A stretch of DNA of 63,639 nucleotides, the filler included, from Collodictyon triciliatum (taxonomy: Eukaryota): NCBI GenBank assembly GCA_043381765.1. It is 3 parts of 3 records of this genome, joined end to end, with 100 filler letters (N's around TTAATTAATTAA, not from the genome) between each part and the next. Parts side by side here need not be neighbours in the genome. Positions count along the whole stretch, not along the records: positions 42,568 to 63,639 come from JBHJMP010001205.1; 2 more parts are not named here. One strand, 5' to 3'. Numbering within the stretch: position 1 is the stretch's first letter; each line of letters starts with the position of its first letter. The notes beneath the pieces are model-generated. The model did no database searches, was not told where the DNA came from, and was given only the letters and a program-made list of their open reading frames with translations. The translations under genes were made by a program, and so were the position numbers. Positions 52,187-63,639 of this stretch are shown one piece after another.

Positions 52187-54229
52187 GCATCTACCCCAGT
52201 ACGCCGACTAAAAAATGGATGACATTCAGAAGACCTTTGTTTCACCAATCACATATAATTAAGGAGCCGCCTGTAATTCTCAAAATGATTGGCCATAGAA
52301 GAGGAATTGCGGGTATAGTAGAATGTGGTGTTTTCTATCTCGCGATCCATCCTCTCCCAGTTATAAAGGGCCGAATAGGAGATGGTCTTGCGTATGAACT
52401 AGCCATAATACTTGGACACCATTTTTAAATGCTTTGGGCGAGCCAGACACCAAGCAGATTCAGATATGGACAGGCCTTCACCACTCGCAGCAGGAGATTC
52501 CTATTCAGGAATATCCTGTTCCTCAAGCCTCATATAATTTTCCTCTTTTTTTAAATGCTCGCTAGACCCAACCAAACAAAGACAAACAGCCGCTTTCTAG
52601 CGTCATGCGCCATCACATCAAAGACGAATCCGGGTAATCTGCGAGTGATTCATGTTCAACTTTGAAATATCTTCTACATATATGGAAATTATAATATTTA
52701 CAGTGTATTTTCACTAAATCAATTTGATAAGCAAGTTACATGATATAATGAAAACAATATATAATTTGAAATGCATAACCTAAATTTTTTTGGTGGGCGT
52801 GTAATCGCGCTGTCGACAAAGCTGGAAATGGAGCTTGCTCGTCTACCCACTCTGCCAGCGTTGTCATTCACTCCTAACCCCACAGCGCGATACTGTCATA
52901 TGCTTATCTTCTCGTTGATGCTTGGCGTGTTTCTGTGAAAGATAAGTACCAAATATGAACTGGTTGTGCGAGAAACTACAATCGATTTGCGCGATAGGCT
53001 TTGGATATCACCAATCAACACCCATTTATTCAGTGGAAAAGGTTACTGTTATTTTGAATCGATGACTTTTAAGAGAACAGAAGGTGCAGAATGAAACTTT
53101 GTGAGCAGTGAGGTTTATTTTTCATTAAACACCTCTTGGCGAATCATCCTCTGTTATTCTCTTCCAAAAATAAAGGACATGAGGTTAAAACATACTTGCA
53201 CATACCTGATTTCAAGAAAGTAAGAAAGAAAATATTATTAAGAGGAACCACAGCCAATACACATTTAAAGCGTGAATCTGTTCCATTCTCTATTACAGGA
53301 GCTGGTACCTCGGGAGTATGAAATCACTTTGTGTAATATACTTCTCTGATTCATTTCCCTGCTTCTTTTTCCTTTTTATCTTTATTTTAGCTAATTTGTT
53401 TTGTCAAAGTCACCGTGCTTCTGTGAGCGCCAATAAAAAGAAAAAGCTTGAAAATGGGGCAATAATAAACCAAGAATCATATTTGATTCACACATTCATC
53501 ATAAATTATCATTCCATCAACATCATTATTTTCTTTATCGGTACCGATGCATCCCACGCCAATAATGAAGTAGGCTTTATCATTCACAGCCAACACCACC
53601 CTCTGGGAAATCTTCATTCCTGCATCTTTTGAAGAAAGACCTGTCATTGCCCAGTGCGCCCTTTGTGGGCACCCCGGTCAGAACAACAAACAACCGTGTG
53701 ACAGGCGCAATTCCCCCTTTATTTGCTCCCACAACCACTCTGCTTGATCAGCCCTCCTCCACGCACACACCTGACATTTCAATCCGACCCAAAGGTTATT
53801 CCACAGCAACACACAATCATTTATCCACGGGCAACACTTTGCCACGCGCTGCCTCTTCTAAATTTCCCTTCAACCACGCCATTGACCCCCGCCATTGTCG
53901 CCGATCGAATTTCTACCCTTCTGAGTACACGAACAAGCGTTGGCTGGCCTTCCCTTTGATTCTGTTTGGGTTGCTTCGTGCAAAGTCTCAAGGGCGATTC
54001 AATCCCAAAAGGCCGCGCATTGAGTAATCAGCCGATCTTCTTTCTGTGCCAACGAGCGAAACAAAATATTCCGTCTCGGCTTGTCTTTTGAAGCCCACTC
54101 ATCTCGCAAAGTCCACCTTCTCAAAGCAAACACACAGCTTTTGGTTCCTGCTGAAACCTTCTCTCACAACTCGAAAGGACGCAACGCTGACACACTTCAA
54201 ATATATCCAAACAAACAAAAGCACTTCTT

Positions 54230-57200
54230 ATGCGCTCCTGTGCTCTGTTCTTTCTCGTCCTCTCGGCGACGTGTGCCGGTGTCATCGGATCTCCCGTGTT
54301 CGTTCCTGCCTTCTCTGCAGAGACTGCTCCGTGGAAACTGGAGACGGACTCTTCTGTCCTTGTTTCAAATAAGACAGATTTCTATGTAGACCTTGCCAGC
54401 GACGGAGCTTTGAGTATAGACTTCCAGGTCTTTTCTTTTTATTCTTCTTTACTCTTTCTCTTTCTCTTTTTCTGTTTCTCTTTCTTTTTCTTTTTCTTTT
54501 TCTTTTTCTTTTTCTTTTTCTTTTTCTTTCTTTTCCGATTCATATTCATGTTTTCTTTTTCTATTCTAACATTAGATCCTATATCTCTCAGCTTTTAATA
54601 TAACCACATCATCATTACTTCAAATATTGCTCAATTCATCATCATTATAATCAAGGCGGCAATCCTGTTTCGCATGGACGGCTGTATTAACAAGCTTTCT
54701 CTCTATGTGGATGCCATCCAGGTACCATTGCAATATGGCATGCAGTCGCTTCCTTTCTTCTTTTTTCCTTTCTTTTCTTTGTAAACTCTTGAAATATGAA
54801 GACTCAAGAATGCTGACTACACTCTTTCCGCGTTCAGTACAAAAGCTTCGAAAAGAGATGCGCATCCTCCCAACAGATTGTCTCATTCTCCTCAAAACTC
54901 GATGGCAGAGCAAAAGCTGGTGTCTCACATGTGGCGATGCTTGTGAGCCCACGTGATGAAGAAGCCTTTGCAGTCCGCGACATAACCTTCCGACTCAGCC
55001 TTGGTAAGTACACAAATACACACAGCCATGCATAAAATATCCGCTGAAGCTGTGCACCATGGCATGCCAAAGATATTACATCAATTATATATCACATCGA
55101 TTCACTTATGACCGTAAGCGACAAACTGTGCAATCGTTGCCTCACTGCACTTAATCACTCAACCTACCGCACGAAATCATATCCCATAATATTAATCATA
55201 GTAATTATCATAATAATGATAAAGGAGGACTCGCACACTCAGGGGCGCCTATCCACATCAAGGCTGGAGGCAGTGACGAGTGCAAGTCAATCAAGAGCCA
55301 GGACGGCAGCAAATGCACATTTGTGAAGGAGTTCTGTGAGCCGTTCGGAAGCATCGACTATTTGAGTATGCACTATTGCGACTTCGAAGGAGCCGAGGCC
55401 GGCAGCTTCATCATCCTGATTATGTGGCTGTGTGTGCTGTTCTATCTGCTGGGGTCGACAACGGAAGGGTTCTTTTGTCCGAGTCTGACAGTCATCTCAC
55501 AAAAGCTGGGTCTATCACCAGCAGTGGCGGGAATCACACTTCTTGCGCTTGGAAACGACGCACCGGACGTATTCTCTGTGATTGCAGCTGTGGGTAACGA
55601 TGCACTAGACCTCGCTTTTGGAGAAGTCGCCGGGTCTGGACTCTTTGTGACGTGTTTTGTACTAGGAGTGATTGTGTTTGTGAGTGACGTGCAACTGTCA
55701 CGCAGGACATTCCTACGAGACTCTATCATCTACATGTTTGGTGTTGTGCTGGTGATTCTGTTCTTTTTGAGCGAAGGGCTTTACCTTTACGAAGCGATTG
55801 TTCTTCTCCTATATTATGTAGTGTATGTCGTCATCGTGTTTGTCGAGCAATACAATTATCAAAGAGCTCAGATGGATAGCATGAATGAGTCCTTGGTTCA
55901 GTCTCCAACCTCTCCAACCTCTCCAACCTCTCCAAACTCCAGCGAACAGCGACCCCGTCTTACTCGAAAGTCATCCAAATCAGCTCTTAGAGAACGCACC
56001 ATGTCGGGCCGCATCAAGAGACACAAATCAGACGAGAATATCAACCGGACATACCTTGGAAAAATTGGAGTGTATCAACAAGTTAACAGTAACCGCGATG
56101 CTTTTTGGAGACAAACAGAAAACGTTATCATTGTGACTAAGTTACCGAAGCATAATTCGTCATCCAACTCTTTGAGTAGCGTCACCCAAATGAGCGACCC
56201 TGCACATCCAAGAATTCACGAAGAGCACCTATCAGGTTTTGGAAACGTGAACTCTGATGAGGTTCAAAAACTGTCTCCGCTGAAATCTATCACATCATCT
56301 TGGTTAGAGATTATGGATATGATTGAGTTTGACAAGAAGTCTACCTCAGAAAAGCTCACATATATCCTGGAGGCCCCTTTCATTTTTATCCGAGCATTGA
56401 CTATCCCTCTCGTCGAGGAGGGTGAATGGAACAGAATCTATGCGACAATCAACATCACTCTCAGCCCCCTTTTTTTCTTCTGGGCCTTTGATATCCACAA
56501 TGTCGAGTTCGGGTCGGGCTTTGTGTTTTGGCATCTTTTGCTGATAATTTTCTTACCCATGTCGCTCTACTATGCATACATTACTCGCGGACTGCCTTTG
56601 AGGACAGCACCAGAAGGCCGGTTGTTCCTCAGCTTTGTGGCTGCGGCATTCTTTATGTCGATGGCATGGATTTATGTCATTGCAAACGAACTTGTGGCCC
56701 TCTTGCAGGTAAATCCCCACAACTAACTCCATTTTGCACTATTCTCTTCTTCTTCATTTTCTTTGTGCCGGAAAGAGAAAATCCTGGGCAGTTGGTGCAT
56801 TTATGTTTGATGTTGTCACCTCTTATCATAATATGCAAAAAGCACACCCGAAAAGGACAACATTCTCCTTCTAACCACCTAAACAACCCACGCTATGTCT
56901 GCGACAGTCTTTCGGGCTCATTCTGCAGCTGTCCGAGTATATCCTGGGAGTGACGATTCTTGCGTGGGGTAACTCCATGCCGGACCTTGTAGCAGACGTT
57001 GTGATGGCAAAGCAAGGGTATCCGCAGATGGCGCTGGGTCACTGCTACGGCGGACCGCTGTTCAACATGTTTTTCGGACTGAGCGTGGCCCTTGTCTTGA
57101 AGGCCACAGAGACGATTCCGGACCCCATCGACATCAGCGGGATAGCAAACGAGGCGTTCTTTGTCCTGCTTGCTGTGGTTGTCGGGGTGCTTCTTGCGAT

Positions 57201-57342
57201 TAGCTTCGCGTTCTACTTTGACTTCTCGCCACCAAAGACATACTCGTATGTGATGATTGGGTACTATGTGAGCATCACGCTGTGCAACATCATGATGGAG
57301 GCCGGGGTCTTTTCATTCCCGAGCCTCAAGTTCAGCACATAG
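54230..57342 (+). CDS. Cation/Ca2+ exchanger, CCX/NCLX subfamily, with signal peptide and N-terminal extension (5 exons)
   Basis: Exons ~54230-54428, 54655-54721, 54838-55003, 55225-56708 and 56908-57342. alpha1 repeat AGITLLALGNDAPDVFS, alpha2 repeat GVTILAWGNSMPDLVAD, GGPLFN, and N-terminal KCTFVKEFC...IDYLSMHYC. Confidence 0.9.
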
Positions 57343-58080
57343 CAGTAGATTGCAGTGCGGAGGGGAGGGTGATGAGGACACAGACGGAGGACGGAACCAT
57401 CAATGATTCATCACGGTTTGGGAAAGAGCTGTGGATAGAATGGGTGGATGGGATTTTCAGTGTTTGAGGTTTGCGAGTATATGCTAAGCTGGAGCGGAGG
57501 GGGATAATGCATCCGTTTTGTTAGCTCCCAAGAATAAAACGAACGGGAGACGAGAGATAAAGAAAGAAAATACGAGCCATCGAAAAAGAAAGGAGTAATT
57601 GGAGTTGAAAAAAATTTACACAAAAAAGGGGTGATTACCTCATGCAATTCATTTTTCATAATTATTATTATTATTATTATCAAGGAAAGATTATGCAGAA
57701 TTTACAAGGATTACATTAATATCCAGTCCATGTGTGTCCTACGTATCACACTTTCAAGCAATCTCCTCGCTTTTTTTTAAAAAAAGGAAACACATTTCGC
57801 TATGATTAGGCGAAAAGGTGACAAGGACATCCTTTCATCGAATATGAGTTGGTGGTAACACTCTTTTTCTTTTAGATCACGATAACCGATGCAAAGAATG
57901 TGTTCTTCAAGTCTTTATTTTAGCTCCTTCATTTCTCACAATTTCTCATGACGGTTATGTAATTCACAATATAGTCTAATCTCAGTATCAACCAAAATCT
58001 CTCCGCCTTGACCTGAAGTATATTTTTTTGACAAATTAGTGAAATGTTATCTCATAAATGTGTCGATAAATCCGAATGCA

Positions 58081-61000
58081 CTACCTATTTCTGAAGGGTT
58101 CTGTTCTATTGACGTTGGGCAATGCTTGCATTACAACACCAGGTGGATACCTAGTGTAACTTACGGGGGATGTTTGCATTTGACCGGAAGCGGGTCTGAA
58201 AACTGGCGGGAGACTCTGGCGCAAAGCTCCTCTTTGTGCTATAGGGCCTAATTGTGTGGGCGTGCTGTTTGAATTTATAGAGGGTAAATGGGCAACTCCT
58301 CTCGTTGATGTTGTGTGTCTCATAGATGTGCCTGGTGGTGCTGTTTGATTGCCGTTGCCTGGCCTTGCCCTTTTTAAGTCATCGTCGTCCATCAATTTAT
58401 TTCTTATGACGGCTGCAGCCATTCTAATATCCTCCTCAGGGATTGAAAACTTTTCGTAGACTAGGGGCTGGTGGAGGTTTGATAGAGCATACCCATTGAT
58501 TCCAAGGGAAACAATTTTATCCATCAACCCTTGGCAGCCATGATTACCTTTTATCTTGACATAGTCTAAGAGTTCAAATGAATTCAAATCCTTTACATGT
58601 AGCTTGTTGCCTTTCATGAAAGGAACAGTAAGAGCATCTTGTGATAATTTTACCAGGTTGGGGACATCATTTTCTGAAATGTGATAATATTCCAGCATTC
58701 TACTCTCTACCATAATGTGCAAAACATCATCGTACGATTTCCAGAATTGATTACCGATTTTTTGTGCAATTTTTTCGCACCTCTGATCCACCAAAAACTC
58801 GACAAATTCACCCTTATACATTTGTATAAGAGGTGAGTATCTTATTGGCAACATGATATTCAGTTTCTCTGGGGTCAATTGGAAGCCGTTGGATTGCGCA
58901 TGACTTATAAATTCCATGACAGAAACCAAAGTAGGACGATGTTTGTAGTTCTGCCTCCAGCATGCTTTCATCAAGCGACTAACTTCACTTGGAATTCCTT
59001 TCGGTATTATGGGCCTTAAACCCTTAATGATGAAACTCTGTGGCTGATTTTCTCCCAAGAAAGGCTCGACGCCAGAAAACATATACCATAACAGCAAACC
59101 AAAAGCGAATACAGAGCTTTTCTCACCCCGATGGCCGATATTGACACCATCATAATCTTTGTACACAGATTCGTCATCAAAATAAGGCTTGCTAACAACT
59201 TCATGGATTTCCGGGGCTTGCCAGTTGGCAGTTCCTCCCTGAATCCATTCTCCATAATTGGTTGGGAGGTTGGAACCCACTTTTTCGGGGCCTCTTTTAG
59301 TTGCGATACCAAAATCTGCAATCTTTAAAACGCCCTTTACAACCATAATATTATCTGCTTTAAGATCTTCATGGTAAATATTTTTAGAATGCATGAAACT
59401 CAGTCCTTGGCATAATTGTTTTGAATATGATATTATCTGGTTCAAATTTGGTTTGGACTCTTTTTTACCCTCCATCATGCTCTTTAACGTTATTCCAGCG
59501 TATTCCATGAGCATGAAAAAATCATTTTCTTTACGGAATATACCAAAAAGCTTGACTATATTCTCACATTCTTTACATTCATTCAAAAGCAAGCACTCTG
59601 ATATTAATGATTTGATTATCTCATTAGACTCTAAATCCTCAAATTTATATATAGTCTGAATTTTGACAACAGAGTCTTTTCCTTTGAAAGATGTTCTATA
59701 AACACGTCCATATGACCCTTTTCCAAGATACTCAACCAACTCAATCCTATCGTCGAGATAGAGGCATTTCAGTTCTTTGTCTAAGTTATCCAACTCTATA
59801 CATTTTTCAACTGCCTCTTGACTAGTGCTTTTGCATTTTCTATGGGACTCGTGTTTCCTCGGTAACCCTATTATAATTCAAAAATTTGATCGATAACATG
59901 AGATATCCCAATTATTCCTCTATTTTATCAAAAATAATTTTTGTATTTGTAAAGAAAAAAACCTTCTTCCAGATACACACGCCCTCTCTTTAAAATATTC
60001 GAGTTTATGAGATGACCTTTAGAACATTTTTTCTGGTCCATCGGTTCATGGAAAGATATGAATCTTATGTAACCGCTCATATTTAATGACCGACATTCAT
60101 GACATTCCATTATAAAATATTTGATAAAATTTGGTCTAACAGATGTGACAATGCTACTCAGAATTTTCAGTGATTCAAATGCTATTGTAAATTGATTCAC
60201 TGAGGATATATCCTTGAACACTCGAACCACCAAAGTTACATTTCCGTCTTGGATATGTAGTAAAAATCTTAAATCATCTCCTGGTGCAAATTCTATTTCA
60301 TCATTATGAGGTGAACGTTTAACCTTTAAATGAAGCAAAGCAACGTTTGTGAAAAATATATCCTCGTATTTGCGAAGGATAAGCTCGCTATTGGCTAGTC
60401 TAATACATTTTGTTATCAAGCTGCTTTTATCAGAAATTTGAATTTCGCTTTCCGTTTTCATAGTAACTGATATTTCTGAAATGCAATCGGTTTCTGCTTT
60501 TTCATTCCATATTGCCGTTAAGTTTTCGCATTCCCCCATTAACGATGGAAATGCCAAGCACTCATTATTATACCTTACTCCAAGACAGAAGTGGTCAAAC
60601 ATATAAATTACAACAGAGAAAAAGTGGTTACTTGTGCTGCTCCCAAACTCAACATCCAGTTTTTGTCTTAACTTTGTACAAAGTATAATTCCGTTCGTAT
60701 TTTTTCCGGCACCTTTGAAACTAAATACACTTCTAAATGTAGTAATAAGAAAGGAGGGGTCTAGGATCACTGTATTCCTTATACTATTGTTTGATACATA
60801 CCACATTATTGAACCAAGGTCATGTAAAAATCTTAAAGCACTTTCGCATTGACCACTGTCCATTTGAAGTGATTGAAAGGCGAATACCATTACAGAATCG
60901 AGTGTTTCATACTTTGATATAGTCGACTTGGATGCAAGATATTCTTTTAGTCGCATGTAAGTATTGGGAACGTCATCCTTCATAACATCTAGTTGAATCA

Positions 61001-63433
61001 TTCCTTGGTAGATCGCCTCTTTCAATTGATGAAAACCTTCACCGCTCTTGTTGCTCACCTTTGAATGAATGCTCAGAAAAATATGTGATTTATTATCCAT
61101 CCTTATTTTCTCAAGCTCCCTTTTCATCTCCATCGCATATCTTGGCACTTCAGAGTCCAAAAATGTGCCTGCTATAATTATTTTGGATCCAGGAGAAAAG
61201 TCATCCAACATTTTAATCCAGCGTCCAATATTATTTCTGGACCTCCCGTAGTCAAGTCTATATAAAATCAAAACTAGAGCCCCAGCGGATAGAAAGAATG
61301 GATGTGTTACTTGGAATTCTTCCTGGCCCCCAAAATCCCAACAATTGATGCTGATTGAATCTCTGGGGTCTTCTAGAGATATGCCATGGATATTAACGTG
61401 AACTATTCCATCAGTTCTCGATTGACTCTTCTCCAAAGCCGGCCTAAATTCTTTCGTAGTTTGATTAAGGGATTTTACAAATGTGGTTTTTCCAGCTTCT
61501 CCTTCTCCTAGGACAAGTAGTCTGCCTTGTCTCCATTTGCTGGTGCCTCCGACGGATGCAGTAAGATAATCAAATACAAATGGAGATCCTTGTTTAATTA
61601 CATTTTGTGGGATATTCTTTATCGGATTATTGTGATACTTTAGCCCATCTCGAAGCTTTTTTATACTTGCTAGTATTGGAGGTATTACCTCTACCTAACC
61701 ATGACAATACAAATGTAGAAATTCCATGTATGATATATTTTAATAAATTATGAAGAAATTTGTAGCACAAAATAAGGATAATGAGAAAAAAATAATGATA
61801 ATAATAATAAAAATAAAAATAAAATAAAATGCAAAATAAGCAATCGTTTCTAAATACCTGATTTTCAGAGAAATCAAAAACTGTCAAATAGCGTAAATTT
61901 GCAATAATATCTGGAATTAGACTTATCTATTATGAAATTTTCTCATTTTTGATTATTCGGAACAGTAAAATGTGCGCTTAAAAATGTAACTTATTTTGAA
62001 GGACATAAAAAAGACTCGGATATTTATTTTATTTCTATGATAAATTGTAGTATTTTTTTTAGAAACCTTATTGTTTGAAATTTCTATCAATTCGAGGGAT
62101 TTTAACTCAAAAATTTGTAGAGGAATAGTGGGCAGCTGAATGATTTTTTTTATGTTGATCAGTAAAAGAATAATCAATATTTGTGTATATGTCAAAAATT
62201 GTCATAAGATTAAAGACAAATTACTTGAAGAAAATTCATTAAAAGTGTCCTGATGTTGAGAAAGGTACATATTCTATCCGAGTAATCTTGAATCTAATCA
62301 TAATAATCTCAAAATGATGGATGCTAAACCGTTTGAAATTCATTAAAATTTAAGCTTACCGGATTATTTGATATGTTAAGGTACTGAAGTTTTTTTAATT
62401 CATAGGTAAACTCTGGGATGCTTGAAATCTAAAAATTAATAAATAAAAAAAGGAATTAGACAGATTTTAAGGAATGGAAAAAATATAAAATATACTTTAT
62501 TATTAGATAAATTAATCTTCCAGGAAGAATCTGGTAATGATGAAAACTCTTTCGGGATATCTAGCAACCCCAAGTTAGAAAAATCCATTGATTTCGATTC
62601 AAAGTCAATCAAGTTCATAATTTTGTCGAGATGGCCAGGAATATTGTTATTCCTCATATTCAGGTAAATTAAATTTTCATGTCGTCTTAAATCTGGTACG
62701 GAAGATAGCTGCAGCAAAAAATATAAAAATTAAAATGCGAAATTTATGAAATAATATAGTTCTTAAATATATAAGTTACGAACTTGATTACAGGATACGT
62801 CTAGATATGTTATCCAGGTCATTTGCTGAATTGTTTTTGGGAAATTTCTCAACTTAAGGATAGATGTATCAGTTAGTGGAAGTTTTTTTTGAGAAAATTA
62901 AAAATAAAACCTTCAAACACCGTAAAGATAAATTTTGAAGCTTAGCCAAACAAGTTATTCCTTCGTCTATTTGATTTATCTAGTATAAATATTGAATGAG
63001 TTTATAGCGTCGAAATCAATATAAAGGTATCAAAATTATCTGATTTCAAATGGAGATATATCAGAAAACTTTTAAATCAGATATGTCGAGCGTGTGGAGC
63101 CTGGTGAATGCACATAAATACTCAGGAAACTCATCAATCTTTTCAGAGAATAAAGGTGGAAAACTTCATTTTAGAATCTTTTTCAGCTTTTGAAACTGTG
63201 ATTAAAAAACATATATTATTGATTCAAATTAAATGAACGTCAACCATATTAGAATTCATGATCAGCTTTGATAACGCAGTGCATTTTGAGAATTCTTTCG
63301 GTAAATGAGATATCTAATAAATATAACATAAATACTCAAGCCAATGAAAATTAAGTGACGATGCAATAACCTGGTTGTTAGAAATATCTAGAGTGTCGAG
63401 TGTGTTTATCTGTACAATGATTTCTGGAATCTC
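58081..63433 (-). CDS. Roco kinase: LRRs - Roc - COR - TKL-like kinase - SAM-like domain(s); 5' end missing at contig end
   Basis: Single-LRR exons from ~61856 to ~63433. P-loop GEGEAGKTT (~61480-61510), WDFGGQ, ALRFLHDLGSI. Kinase motifs GKGSYG, VVK, HEDLKADN, DFG, APE. C-terminal SAM-like LGINGYALSNL. Confidence 0.88.
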
Positions 63434-63534
63434 TGAGAACTTTTAGATTGAAAAAATAATTATTTTCTTAGAATGTATGCTTCTGATGAGACTAAATTCA
63501 GTAGTTCTCTGAAATTTTAATTATAGGTTAAACC

Positions 63535-63639
63535 ATACATACATACATACATACATACATACATACATACATACATACATACATACATACATACATACAT
63601 ACATACATACATACATACATACATACATACATACATACA
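63535..63639. repeat. (ATAC)n microsatellite at contig end
   Basis: Visible tandem repeat. Confidence 0.97.

Noticed and set aside
53629-54027. 132-aa Pro/Thr-rich ORF upstream of the exchanger
   Set aside because: Non-ATG start and no motif. More likely promoter or UTR sequence.

Overview
AT-rich, intron-rich nuclear DNA from a unicellular eukaryote (standard code, GT-AG introns, abundant microsatellites; taxon not determinable by eye). The window is not one locus. It is three ~21-kb contigs (1-21213, 21314-42467, 42568-63639) joined by artificial N-TTAATTAATTAA-N spacers. Contig 1 holds a >30-exon M16-family (HxxEH) metallopeptidase gene and an apparently intronless, >11-kb gene for a giant secreted or surface protein. 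That protein has two tandem TMEM132-like cohesin/Ig modules, each followed by an extra cohesin and a bacterial-type dockerin, then a REJ/polycystin-like segment cut off at the contig end. Contig 2 holds an LRR-Roc-COR gene that continues into a DUF4062 (TIR-like) domain and probable tandem SAMs, a degenerate L1/Tx1-type retrotransposon fragment, and a signal peptide-WD40-Cys-rich-multipass membrane receptor. Contig 3 holds a tandem-GAF protein, an NHL-type propeller protein, an HMG-box factor, a CCX/NCLX-type cation/Ca2+ exchanger and a second Roco (LRR-Roc-COR-non-RD kinase-SAM). A tiny dispersed element (CTTTGAATCGAATAAAGG + A-rich tail, with target-site duplications) occurs on all three contigs. 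Domain calls come from motif recognition only, and most exon boundaries are approximate.
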